Of a stretch of 49,664 nucleotides of DNA, positions 16,157 through 25,605 are shown piece by piece. The position numbers were made by a program, and so were the translations under genes. Position 1 is the stretch's first letter. Each line of letters starts with the position of its first letter. The stretch is from Candidatus Kapaibacterium sp. (lineage in GTDB: Bacteria; Bacteroidota; Ignavibacteria; Kapaibacteriales; Kapaibacteriaceae), in assembly GCA_032117915.1 (NCBI GenBank), contig JAULYI010000102.1, positions 1 to 49,664 on the forward strand, read 5' to 3'. Below the pieces are notes generated by a model that saw only the letters and a program-made list of their open reading frames with translations, had not been told where the DNA came from and did not search any database.

Positions 16157-19100
16157 ATGCACGACATTCGTGCGCTCCTGAAGGAGCGTATTCTGCTGCT
16201 GGATGGTGCCATGGGCACCATGATCCAGCGACTTGGACTCGAAGAGGACGATTATCGAGGCCAGCGATTCGCTGATCACGCAGCGTCCCTGAAGGGAAAC
16301 AACGACCTGCTGGTGCTGACGCGTCCAGAGGCAATACGGGACATCCATGCCGCATACTTTGCGGCTGGGTCGGACATCGTCGAGACCAATACCTTCTCAG
16401 CCACTCGTATCGCACAGGCAGATTACGGCCTTGAGCACATCGCCCGCGAGCTGAATGTTGCTGCCGCCCGCCTTGCACGACAAGCCGCTGACGATGCTAT
16501 GAACGCTGATCCGGATCGCCCCAGATTCGTTGCCGGAGCAGTAGGGCCTACCAATCGCACGCTGTCCATCTCGCCAGACGTAAACGATCCGGGGTTTCGT
16601 GCCGTCACGTTCGCCGAGGTACGTGATGCCTACAAAGAGCAGATTCTTGGTCTGGTAGAAGGGGGCGTTGACCTTCTGCTGATCGAGACCATTTTTGACA
16701 CGCTCAATGCAAAAGCGGCCGTTAAGGCCATCGCGGAACTTACGAGCGACGCCGCGGTCGAGCAATCACTGCGTGATCGTCTCGCTCTGATGCCCGTGAT
16801 GATCAGCGGTACCATCACGGATCTTAGCGGACGCACCTTGTCCGGCCAGACACCGTCTGCCTTCTGGATATCGTTGCAGCATACGCCCAACCTGCTCTCC
16901 ATCGGATTGAACTGCGCTCTCGGTTCGGCGATGATGCGCCCCTACATCGAGGAGCTCAGCGGTGTTTCCACGAGTTTCGTCTCGCTCTATCCCAACGCCG
17001 GACTACCGAATGCCATGGGCGGATACGACGAAACGCCTGCCTTCATGGCCGATCAGGTTCGTGAGTATGCAGCGGCCGGTTTTTTGAACATCATCGGTGG
17101 ATGCTGCGGTACAACGCCGGACCACATCGCTGCCATGGCCGCGGCGGCCCGCGGAGGAAGTCCGCGTTTGCCTCCTACACGGTCGCCATACTTGCAACTG
17201 TCCGGCCTGGAAGCACTTGAGGTTCGACCCGAAACCAACTTCATCAACGTGGGTGAGCGCACCAACGTGACAGGCTCTCGTGCGTTCGCCAAGCTTATCC
17301 TCTCGGGTGACTACGAAAGGGCCGTCGATGTGGCGCGGCAACAGGTGGACCAGGGGGCACAGATCATTGATGTGAACATGGACGAAGGCCTGCTAGACTC
17401 CGAGCATGCCATGCGCCGGTTCCTGAACCTGATTGCCGCTGAGCCGGATATCGCACGTGTGCCGGTCATGATCGACTCGTCCAAGTGGTCCGTCCTTGAG
17501 GCCGGACTCGAGTGCGTACAGGGAAAGAGCGTGGTCAATTCGCTGTCACTCAAGGATGGCGAAGAGGAGTTCCTTCGTCGTGCTCGAATCTGTCGGGATC
17601 ATGGTGCTGCCGTGATCGTGATGTGCTTTGATGAGGCGGGGCAGGCCGATACGTATGAACGCCGTATCGCAATCGCCGAGCGAGCATATCGACTGCTGAT
17701 CGACCGGGTCGGCATGCCGCCGCAGGACATTATCATCGACCCCAATATCCTGACCATCGGGACGGGGATCGAAGCGCATGATAACTATGCTGTCGATTTC
17801 ATCCAGGCAACAGCATGGATAAAGAAGCATCTGCCGTCTGCCAAGGTCTCGGGCGGCGTTTCAAATATCTCGTTCTCCTTCCGCGGTAATGAGCCCGTGC
17901 GTCGTGCCATGCACACGGCATTCCTGTTCCACGCCATTAGAAGTGGCATGGACATGGGGATCGTTAACGCCGGTCAGATCGACGTCTATGACCAGATCGA
18001 CCCGGAGCTGCTGCAGCACGTTGAGGACCTGCTATTCAACAGGCGTCAGGACGCAACAGAGCGGTTACTCACCCTGGCAGAGCGATTCAGTGTTAAGGCA
18101 GTGCAGGAGGAGGTTGCTGCGGCATGGCGCTCGGAAGACCTTTCCAGCCGCTTGAAGCATGCGTTGATCAAGGGTATCACCGAATTCATCGACGTGGACG
18201 TGGCCGAGGCACTTGAGACCTATCCATCGCCCCTTACCATCATCGAAGGGCCGCTGATGGACGGAATGAACGTCGTGGGTGACCTGTTCGGTGCAGGAAA
18301 GATGTTCCTGCCTCAGGTAGTAAAAAGTGCACGCGTGATGAAGAAGGCGGTAGCCATTCTAACCCCGTATATGGAAGAAGAGCAGCGCCGTAGCGGTGCT
18401 GAGGCGCGACCTGCCGGAACGGTTTTGATGGCCACCGTCAAGGGTGACGTCCACGACATTGGAAAGAACATCGTAGGCGTCGTTCTTGGATGTAACAACT
18501 ACCGAGTGATCGACCTTGGTGTAATGGTGCCCGCCGATACGATCATCAACGCCGCGATAGAGCACAAGGCCGACGTGATCGGCCTTAGCGGATTGATCAC
18601 GCCGTCGTTGGATGAGATGGTGCACGTGGCGAAAGAACTCGAACGACGAGCGATGCGGTTGCCGTTACTGATCGGCGGTGCGACCACGTCACGGACGCAT
18701 ACGGCTGTCAAGATCGAACCCTCATACAGCGGCACGACGGTTCACGTTCTGGACGCTTCAAGGGCTGTGCCAGTTGTCAGCGCATTGCTATCAGCAGACC
18801 AGCGCGACGGATTTGCGTCCGCTACGGCCACCGAGTATGAGGAGGTGCGGCAGTCCTACGCTCGAAGAGTAGAGGCAAAGGAACTGCTTCCGTTGTCAGA
18901 CGCTCGAGCGAAGGGGCGGCGCGCGACCTTCGACAACTACCGTCCGGTTCGGCCCAACCAGCCGGGCGTTACTGTTTTTGACAACGTCGATATCCGGATG
19001 CTGAGAGACTACATTGACTGGACACCGTTCTTTCAGTCGTGGGAGCTCCGTGGGCGATATCCGGCCATCCTAGGCGACTCGGTCGTGGGTGTCGAAGCAC

Positions 19101-19849
19101 GACGCTTATTCGACGACGCACTGCGACTACTCGACGTCATGATCTCCCATGGCGGAGTCCGCATACGTGCTGTTGCCGGGCTCTTCCCGGCAACCTCGGT
19201 GGGTGACGACATCGTCATGCAGACGCCGGCCGGACAGGTCACCGTGCCCATGCTGCGGCAGCAGTCCAAGCGTGCTCCGGGTGTTCCGCATCGTTGTCTG
19301 GCTGATTATGTCGCCGGTCAAGACGACCATCTCGAGGACTGGATGGGGGCATTTGTCGTCTCTGCCGGCGACGGTGTCGACCGAATCTGTGCCGAATACG
19401 AAGCAGCTCACGACGACTACAGTGCCATCATGGTTAAGGCGCTTGCCGATCGTCTGGCCGAGGCATGTGCCGAATGGCTGCACGAACGCGTCAGAATAGA
19501 CCTGTGGGGATACGCTCCGACAGAGTCGGTGGCGAATGACGGCCTGATTGACGAGCAATATCAGGGCATACGGCCCGCCCCGGGATATCCTGCCTGTCCG
19601 GACCACCTGCCGAAACAGGCATTGTTCGCCATGCTTGACGCCACGGCATCAACCGGCGTAACGCTCACGGAAAATCTTGCCATGTCGCCTGCCGCAAGCG
19701 TCTGCGGATGGTATCTGGCTCATCCGGATGCTGCCTACTTTGCTGTTGGAACGATCGATCGTGAGCAAGTGAGCGACTACGCGCGCCGAAGTGGTATCAC
19801 GATGGCAGAAGCAGAGCGGTGGCTTGCTCCGAACATCGCCCCGATGTAA
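16157..19849 (+). CDS. metH: Cobalamin-dependent methionine synthase
   Basis: 1230 aa from ATG 16157 ([24 protein letters not shown]). All four modules are present: the Hcy-binding domain ([11 protein letters not shown]), the pterin-binding domain, the B12-binding domain ([11 protein letters not shown], i.e. DxHxxG) and the AdoMet-activation domain ([12 protein letters not shown]). Confidence 0.96.
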   Translation: MHDIRALLKERILLLDGAMGTMIQRLGLEEDDYRGQRFADHAASLKGNNDLLVLTRPEAIRDIHAAYFAAGSDIVETNTFSATRIAQADYGLEHIARELNVAAARLARQAADDAMNADPDRPRFVAGAVGPTNRTLSISPDVNDPGFRAVTFAEVRDAYKEQILGLVEGGVDLLLIETIFDTLNAKAAVKAIAELTSDAAVEQSLRDRLALMPVMISGTITDLSGRTLSGQTPSAFWISLQHTPNLLSIGLNCALGSAMMRPYIEELSGVSTSFVSLYPNAGLPNAMGGYDETPAFMADQVREYAAAGFLNIIGGCCGTTPDHIAAMAAAARGGSPRLPPTRSPYLQLSGLEALEVRPETNFINVGERTNVTGSRAFAKLILSGDYERAVDVARQQVDQGAQIIDVNMDEGLLDSEHAMRRFLNLIAAEPDIARVPVMIDSSKWSVLEAGLECVQGKSVVNSLSLKDGEEEFLRRARICRDHGAAVIVMCFDEAGQADTYERRIAIAERAYRLLIDRVGMPPQDIIIDPNILTIGTGIEAHDNYAVDFIQATAWIKKHLPSAKVSGGVSNISFSFRGNEPVRRAMHTAFLFHAIRSGMDMGIVNAGQIDVYDQIDPELLQHVEDLLFNRRQDATERLLTLAERFSVKAVQEEVAAAWRSEDLSSRLKHALIKGITEFIDVDVAEALETYPSPLTIIEGPLMDGMNVVGDLFGAGKMFLPQVVKSARVMKKAVAILTPYMEEEQRRSGAEARPAGTVLMATVKGDVHDIGKNIVGVVLGCNNYRVIDLGVMVPADTIINAAIEHKADVIGLSGLITPSLDEMVHVAKELERRAMRLPLLIGGATTSRTHTAVKIEPSYSGTTVHVLDASRAVPVVSALLSADQRDGFASATATEYEEVRQSYARRVEAKELLPLSDARAKGRRATFDNYRPVRPNQPGVTVFDNVDIRMLRDYIDWTPFFQSWELRGRYPAILGDSVVGVEARRLFDDALRLLDVMISHGGVRIRAVAGLFPATSVGDDIVMQTPAGQVTVPMLRQQSKRAPGVPHRCLADYVAGQDDHLEDWMGAFVVSAGDGVDRICAEYEAAHDDYSAIMVKALADRLAEACAEWLHERVRIDLWGYAPTESVANDGLIDEQYQGIRPAPGYPACPDHLPKQALFAMLDATASTGVTLTENLAMSPAASVCGWYLAHPDAAYFAVGTIDREQVSDYARRSGITMAEAERWLAPNIAPM

Positions 19850-19879
19850 CAACCAGTCCTAGATGCGATCAACTTATTG

Positions 19880-20512
19880 ATGATGAACCCTGTACACGAT
19901 ACAATCAAGACGATCAGGCCGCCTGCTCGTATCGCCATTTTCGGATCCGGAGCCGGATCCAATGCCCGAGCGCTCGTTACGTGGTCGCGCACGGCATCGA
20001 ATGCCGCTCCATTCAACATTGTACTTATCGTCTCGACATCGCCGACGGCCGGTATCGTCACCATGGCTGCCGAATACGGCCTGCCCGTGCTTGTGCTGGA
20101 GAAATCCATGCCCGCCGAGGAACAGACCCGTCGCATCCTGACGGCGTTCGAACGCCATCAGATCGATCTTGTCGCCCTTGCTGGCTATCTCCGGCGCATC
20201 GAGCCCGATATTATCAATGCTGTTCACGGACATGTACTCAATATTCACCCATCGCTCTTGCCGAAGCACGGCGGTAGGGGAATGTATGGGGCAGCGGTTC
20301 ATCGCGCTGTGCTAGAGAGTGGTGATGCTGAGTCCGGAGCTACCGTACACATGGTGAACGCACGATACGACGAGGGGCAGGTCCTTGCCCAGGAGCGCGT
20401 ACCCGTGCAGCTCACGGACACAGTCGATGATCTGGCCAAGCGCGTGCTCGATGCCGAACACCGCCTATATCCGGTTGCCATCGCTGCATACATTCGTACC
20501 GTAAGTACCTGA
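19880..20512 (+). CDS. purN: Phosphoribosylglycinamide formyltransferase
   Basis: Motifs IAIFGSGAGSNARAL, LAGYLRRI, NIHPSLLPKHGGRGMYG and ATVHMV. Confidence 0.9.
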   Translation: MMNPVHDTIKTIRPPARIAIFGSGAGSNARALVTWSRTASNAAPFNIVLIVSTSPTAGIVTMAAEYGLPVLVLEKSMPAEEQTRRILTAFERHQIDLVALAGYLRRIEPDIINAVHGHVLNIHPSLLPKHGGRGMYGAAVHRAVLESGDAESGATVHMVNARYDEGQVLAQERVPVQLTDTVDDLAKRVLDAEHRLYPVAIAAYIRTVST

Positions 20513-20646
20513 TCTGCATCTGCCGTGAACGTTCATCACGGCCTGATTGCCCCTCAAAACGCACGTAACTTTTCCAGCCTTGTCCTGTTAGTGCCACCGC
20601 GGTCGGTTCGGCCGCTTCTCCTACGGTCGAATGTGGATATTTCCTC

Positions 20647-20675
20647 TTGACTATCATTGCTAAATGTGTGATTTT
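20647..20675 (+). promoter_or_regulatory. Candidate sigma70-type promoter (extended -10) for giant paralogue A
   Basis: TTGACT, a 14-nt spacer, then TGT-GATTTT (a TGn extended -10 with a weak hexamer), about 120 nt upstream of ATG 20793. This is a pattern match only. Confidence 0.25.
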
Positions 20676-20792
20676 ACGCTTCGCACGCTCGATGAACAAT
20701 CGGGAGAGGTGTATGTGCACCTCAACGTGGCGCTGAAAACGACGATTCACAGAACCAACACATAACTTGTTCACTGTCATTTTGAGGATTGC

Positions 20793-23700
20793 ATGAGAAG
20801 CAGACTTCTACTTCTTGCTCTCGTGGCCGGCCTGATGAGCGTTTCGCTTGCGTACGCCGGTGGAAAGGACGGGGAAGATGTGCAGCGTAAGAGCGGTGCT
20901 CGTACACCGCGCGCATCGTATCCGCTCCCGTTCACCATCACCGCAGACAACGACTCAGTCTTGGCTCCGGCTATCTCGACGGGCTATTACTTCGTGGATT
21001 CCGACGACGAAGCGCCTGATTACTGGCGTCCGGACCCGTCGCAGTTCATCGATACCACGACCGAGCCTGGTACGTGGCGCCGTATTGTTTCGGGCCCCAA
21101 TCAGCTGCCTGCCGGCTACTGGTCGGATCCGACGCAGAACACATACGGTGGCAATGCGTTTTTCCGCAATCCTGGCCAGATGACAGACTCGACCAACGAC
21201 GCGTTCGCTGGTCCGATCTCAATCGGCTTCCCGTTCTACTTCAATGGCGTTCGTTATGACTCGTTCTACGTGTCGACGAATGGCTTGATCGCGCTCTCGA
21301 ACCGCCGTTACTTCTACGAATACGATGGCAACGGTTTTCCCGTTCGTCGTACGTCGCTGGAAGTTGCCCCCGGTGTGTTCTCCGTGTATGACCCGTCGTC
21401 TGACGACGGTCGTAACCGGGTCGCCGTCAACCTCGACACGGTCGACGCCACAGCAGACGATTATGGATTCAACTTTGTAGCATGTAACGGCCAGATCAGC
21501 AGCCCCAAGGCTGGTATCCGTACGCCGAACAATACGATGCTCGACGAAATCTCGCTGTCGGCTGCCAACTTCTGGAACACGACGGTCAACGGTAACCGTA
21601 TCCGTCCGGCGCTCATCGCCCCCTTCTGGGACGATCTCCAGCTTTCCGTGTTCAACTCGGAAGAAAGCTCTGTTGACGATTTCGGCCGTTGCTACTTCAA
21701 GCGTTCGCCCGCAAACGACAAGCTGATCATCTACTATGTGAACCTAACGCCGATCAACTCGAAGACGGCCGTTGTTGGTGGAGTGAGCCATACGGTGAAC
21801 TTCCAGCCGAACAACCGTCCGGGTGTTGGCGAGCACTATCGTATGAGTGGTCAGGTCATTCTGAACCGTACGGACAGCTCGATCGTGTTCCAATACGAGC
21901 GTTTCTTTGGTATCGCTCCCCGAGCTGCTCTGCAGCCGCACCCGGCTACGGTATGGATGCGCTGTAACTCCACGGTTGGTGTCTCGGGTCCGGCTCGCCG
22001 TCTGAACACGTGGAACGAGACGAACGTCGCGCTGAACTTTGCGAAGCCCAAGTACACGCAATCGACGGAGTATCTCTACAATGTCAATACGGATCCAAAC
22101 GGTGGCGTTCGCGCTACATCGAACCGTAATGATGATGGTACGACGCCGCACGACTTCTTGGCTGTGAAGTTCAAGCAGTGGAAGAATGTGATGCGCGTTA
22201 TCAACGTGTTCTATCGCATCCGTCCCCTGAACAACAATCAGCCGCTCGACTTCACCGTGATTGTGCCTGCAAATCAGGCCAACAACTACGAACTGCTCGC
22301 CGGTGAGACGCGCCTTGGTGCAATCCAGCCGGTAGCAATCGTTCAGAACCTGACGAATCACATCCAGGGTCCGCAGGGTGTCAACTACATGCGCCAGGGT
22401 GTGAACTTCCGCGTCCGCTTCCGCATTGTAAATGAGGCAACCGGCAAGATCGTGTACAACACGTCGAAGACGGTCACCGATGCAGCTCTGCGTGACTCCA
22501 CGCTGTCGGGCATTCAGCGCTGCGATATCAGCGGTGTGAACCGTGCATATCGTCCCGCAGGAAATTTTGTTCGTCCTTACGAGTTCATCAAGGTAACGTT
22601 CCCTCCGTTCGAGCCTAACCCCTTTATCGACGATCAGATCGGTCGTCTGTTGACAGTGGTTATTGCTGAGCCGAAGGACTCCGTCAACCAAGGTCTTGGT
22701 GATGAGTGGCCCTTTGACGACACGACGGGTCTCCGCCTGTTCGTCATGCGCCGTCTGTCGGAATTCAATGATGACGTTCGTGAGTTCCACCTTGTTGGTG
22801 GTGCCGCAATGCCTTCGGTCTTGAAGTGGGTGAATCTTGAGGCTGACGTAGTTGACGGTGATGAGGTTACAAATAACCCCCCGCCGCCACGTGGTGAGTA
22901 TCAGGCCAAGAACTCAGACATCATCCGTCTGAAGTCACCGGTCATCCGCATGAACCGTCTGACGCTTGGCAACCAAGATATCCCTCAGTTCGGTCAGTAT
23001 GGTGGTGACGAGCTCCGCTCGTTCCCGGTTGACCTTACGCGTAAGAAGAACGCCGTGCTTTCGGTCTCCTATCAGCGTGCCGGTAAGCTCACGAACTTCG
23101 GTCGTGGTTTCTCCGATAACCGTCTGATCGGCCCTGAGCATCGTGTCAACGCACGTAGTGTTGTTTCTACGACCGCTCACATCCGCAAGCCGGACGAACT
23201 CTACATCGAGTTCGCAACGCCAAGCAATGATCAGCTGAATAACATCGCGAATGTCAAGAACTGGACACTCGATCCGCAACGTCTCGGTTCTGCCTACACG
23301 CAGCCGTTCCGCGTGTTCGGTGGCGGTGGTCTCGTGCGCGGTTTCGACCCGGGCGATAAGAACGTTCAGTTGAACAACACGCAGATCCCGCCGCTCGGTG
23401 GTTTCCGCGAAGACTTCTTCGATGACGGTAAGGACTTTGAATACTACAAGGTCACGATTCCGATCCCGGACACAGTGCTCCGTTGGGTGAATGAAGGCGC
23501 ACGTAACTTCCGTTTCCGTCTGCGTGCAATGTGTATCAACAACGCTGCACCGCCGTTCCCCTCGGATGACGAAGACAACTTCTTCATCGACAACGTGAAG
23601 ATCCTGTTCCCGAACGAAGTCACTGACGTTGAGTTTGCGAACATCCAGCTGGTATGGCCGTACACGATGGCCCCTGCTAGCCAGGCCACACGGGTCCCTG

Positions 23701-25529
23701 TCCGCGTGAAGATCGCCAACAACACGAACCTCACAGCTCCGGCATTCTCGGTGCAGGTACAGATCAAGCCTGACGGCAACGAAGATCAGCGTATTTATTG
23801 CCGTACGATCACGGTGCCGACGCTTCCTGGCAACCGTGAAGTGCTGCTGCCGTTCCCTGATGCTAACTTCCGCACGACGACACCTGGCCGTTACAAGGTC
23901 ACAGGTAAGATCTTCTTCCCTGGTGGTGATCTTGATTCGCTGAACGACTCAACGTTCACGAACTTCACGATGACGTTCGGCCCGTCGTTTGCCTACGAAA
24001 ACAATCCTCTGCAGCCAGTAAACGACATCCCGAACATCCAGTTCTCGGGCGTAACTGGTAAGGGTCTCAACCACGGTGGCGCCTCCAGTGGTGGCACGGG
24101 CAGTGGCTCGATGCAGTTTGGTCAGAACCCGCCGGTCGCTCAGATGGACCCGCAAACGCAGTGGTTCTGGGGTATCCCCGCTGGTATGAATGGACAGTAC
24201 GGTGCCGACGCCGGTAACGCTTCTGGTCAGATCGCCATGCGCTTTACGCTGTACACACAAGACACGGTTCTTGGTTATCAGGCCTACTGGGCTGAGCTGA
24301 ACCAGGACGTCCTGAACATCTCGTTCTCGCTGTATCGTGACCAGGGCGGTCTGCCCGGTGATGAGCGCGTTGCCAACTCGACGGTTCTGAAGCGTCGTGG
24401 TGAAGACGAGCTCGACAACGACACGGAAGCAAAGTTCGGTCGCTATGTCACGTATCTGCTGGCTAACCCCGTCGTTCTTGCTCCTGGTGAGTACTGGGCT
24501 TCGGTTGCACAGCTTGGTACGGAAGGTTACGAACTCGGCGCTTCGGCAAGCCGCATGGGCATGGTTACAACGGTGTACTCAGACATTCCTGTCTTTGGTG
24601 CCGGTAACCGTTCATTGCTCATCGACAAGAACTTCCGTGCTCGTACGCGTACAGGTTCACTGCTGAACGACAACCGCTTCTCCTACGAAATGACGCGCTT
24701 CAGCGGTGACTGGGTGCCGTTCACGCCGACAATCGGTAATCCTGGCTATGCTCACTTGAATGCAATCGGTCTGTCGCTCGGATACCCGACGTACACGCGT
24801 GGTTCATGGATCCCGCTGCTCCGTCCGTACCTCGGCAACCGTACGTTCAGCTCGCCGCCAGTCTTCGTTGACTGTATCGTTCCGGTTGAACTCGCCTACT
24901 TCGATGCGAAGGCTCGTGGCACAGGCGTTGATCTCTTCTGGGAAACAGCATCTGAGTCCAAGAACGCCGGCTTCCATGTAGAGCGCCGTGCAATGAAGGA
25001 GACGACGAACCTCTCTACGGGTAAGGCGTCACTGACATGCGTTGATAATACGAATGCTGCTGATGCGCCGTGGGCGGCTATCGCCTTTGTTCAGGGTGCA
25101 GGCAACACGACGACGTCAACGAACTACAAGCACTTCGATAACGACGTGCTGTCGGGCTCGCTGTACGAGTATCGTCTGCGCCAGGTTGACTTTGACGGAA
25201 CAGAGAGCTTCTCGAACGTCGTCAATGTCTCCTTCGGTGATGAATCAACGGTCGCTCTCGAGGATAACTTCCCGAATCCGTCGAATGGAAAGACGACATT
25301 CCGCTTCCGCGTTCCGTTCAGCACGAACGTAAAGCTCGAAGTGTTCGACATGATGGGTAACCTCGTGCGCAGCCTCTACAACGAAACAGTCGCCGGTTCG
25401 AACGGCACGTATGCTATTGAGTGGGATGGTCGCGATGCCAACGACTTCGAAGTCGCCTCGGGATCGTACATGTACAAGCTCACGGCAGGCGATGCAGTTC
25501 TGTCCCGCACGATGACGGTTGTTCGTTAA
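20793..25529 (+). CDS. Giant secreted protein A (1578 aa): NIDO-like N-terminal domain, jelly-roll and CARDB-like modules, T9SS C-terminal sorting domain; function unknown
   Basis: GAGGA lies 6 nt upstream of the ATG. Signal peptide MRSRLLLLALVAGLMSVSLAYAG. Motifs GFPFYFNGVRYDSFYVSTNGLIAL...PALIAPFWDDL, NFRFRLRA...DNFFIDNVKIL and VELAYFDAKARGTGVDLFWET...YEYRLRQVDFDG. The C-terminus NFPNPSNGKTTFRF...GSYMYKLTAG...MTVVR is a T9SS sorting domain. Confidence 0.9.
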   Translation: MRSRLLLLALVAGLMSVSLAYAGGKDGEDVQRKSGARTPRASYPLPFTITADNDSVLAPAISTGYYFVDSDDEAPDYWRPDPSQFIDTTTEPGTWRRIVSGPNQLPAGYWSDPTQNTYGGNAFFRNPGQMTDSTNDAFAGPISIGFPFYFNGVRYDSFYVSTNGLIALSNRRYFYEYDGNGFPVRRTSLEVAPGVFSVYDPSSDDGRNRVAVNLDTVDATADDYGFNFVACNGQISSPKAGIRTPNNTMLDEISLSAANFWNTTVNGNRIRPALIAPFWDDLQLSVFNSEESSVDDFGRCYFKRSPANDKLIIYYVNLTPINSKTAVVGGVSHTVNFQPNNRPGVGEHYRMSGQVILNRTDSSIVFQYERFFGIAPRAALQPHPATVWMRCNSTVGVSGPARRLNTWNETNVALNFAKPKYTQSTEYLYNVNTDPNGGVRATSNRNDDGTTPHDFLAVKFKQWKNVMRVINVFYRIRPLNNNQPLDFTVIVPANQANNYELLAGETRLGAIQPVAIVQNLTNHIQGPQGVNYMRQGVNFRVRFRIVNEATGKIVYNTSKTVTDAALRDSTLSGIQRCDISGVNRAYRPAGNFVRPYEFIKVTFPPFEPNPFIDDQIGRLLTVVIAEPKDSVNQGLGDEWPFDDTTGLRLFVMRRLSEFNDDVREFHLVGGAAMPSVLKWVNLEADVVDGDEVTNNPPPPRGEYQAKNSDIIRLKSPVIRMNRLTLGNQDIPQFGQYGGDELRSFPVDLTRKKNAVLSVSYQRAGKLTNFGRGFSDNRLIGPEHRVNARSVVSTTAHIRKPDELYIEFATPSNDQLNNIANVKNWTLDPQRLGSAYTQPFRVFGGGGLVRGFDPGDKNVQLNNTQIPPLGGFREDFFDDGKDFEYYKVTIPIPDTVLRWVNEGARNFRFRLRAMCINNAAPPFPSDDEDNFFIDNVKILFPNEVTDVEFANIQLVWPYTMAPASQATRVPVRVKIANNTNLTAPAFSVQVQIKPDGNEDQRIYCRTITVPTLPGNREVLLPFPDANFRTTTPGRYKVTGKIFFPGGDLDSLNDSTFTNFTMTFGPSFAYENNPLQPVNDIPNIQFSGVTGKGLNHGGASSGGTGSGSMQFGQNPPVAQMDPQTQWFWGIPAGMNGQYGADAGNASGQIAMRFTLYTQDTVLGYQAYWAELNQDVLNISFSLYRDQGGLPGDERVANSTVLKRRGEDELDNDTEAKFGRYVTYLLANPVVLAPGEYWASVAQLGTEGYELGASASRMGMVTTVYSDIPVFGAGNRSLLIDKNFRARTRTGSLLNDNRFSYEMTRFSGDWVPFTPTIGNPGYAHLNAIGLSLGYPTYTRGSWIPLLRPYLGNRTFSSPPVFVDCIVPVELAYFDAKARGTGVDLFWETASESKNAGFHVERRAMKETTNLSTGKASLTCVDNTNAADAPWAAIAFVQGAGNTTTSTNYKHFDNDVLSGSLYEYRLRQVDFDGTESFSNVVNVSFGDESTVALEDNFPNPSNGKTTFRFRVPFSTNVKLEVFDMMGNLVRSLYNETVAGSNGTYAIEWDGRDANDFEVASGSYMYKLTAGDAVLSRTMTVVR

Positions 25530-25553
25530 GAACCCGTCACAGTCAATCATGGC

Positions 25554-25592
25554 AACCCCCACCTCGGCAACGAGGTGGGGGTTGTTTGTTTA
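25554..25592 (+). terminator. Strong intrinsic-terminator-like hairpin between paralogues A and B
   Basis: A perfect 13-bp stem aacccccacctcg / cgaggtgggggtt with a GCAA (GNRA) tetraloop, followed by gtttgtttat. It starts 25 nt after the TAA of gene A and ends 14 nt before the ATG of gene B. Confidence 0.8.
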
Positions 25593-25605
25593 TGGGGAAG
25601 GCTCT

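Noticed and set aside
20664-20765. 33-codon upstream ORF as a leader peptide for giant gene A
   Set aside because: It has no ribosome-binding site, no recognisable leader-peptide features and no way to test conservation here. It is mentioned in a low-interest finding but not called as a feature.
21744-22790. 348-aa minus-strand ORF inside giant gene A (and the similar 263-aa ORF at 28702-29493 inside gene B)
   Set aside because: Both are antisense shadow ORFs within long, motif-rich plus-strand CDSs. They are Arg-rich, have no family resemblance and show no start context.
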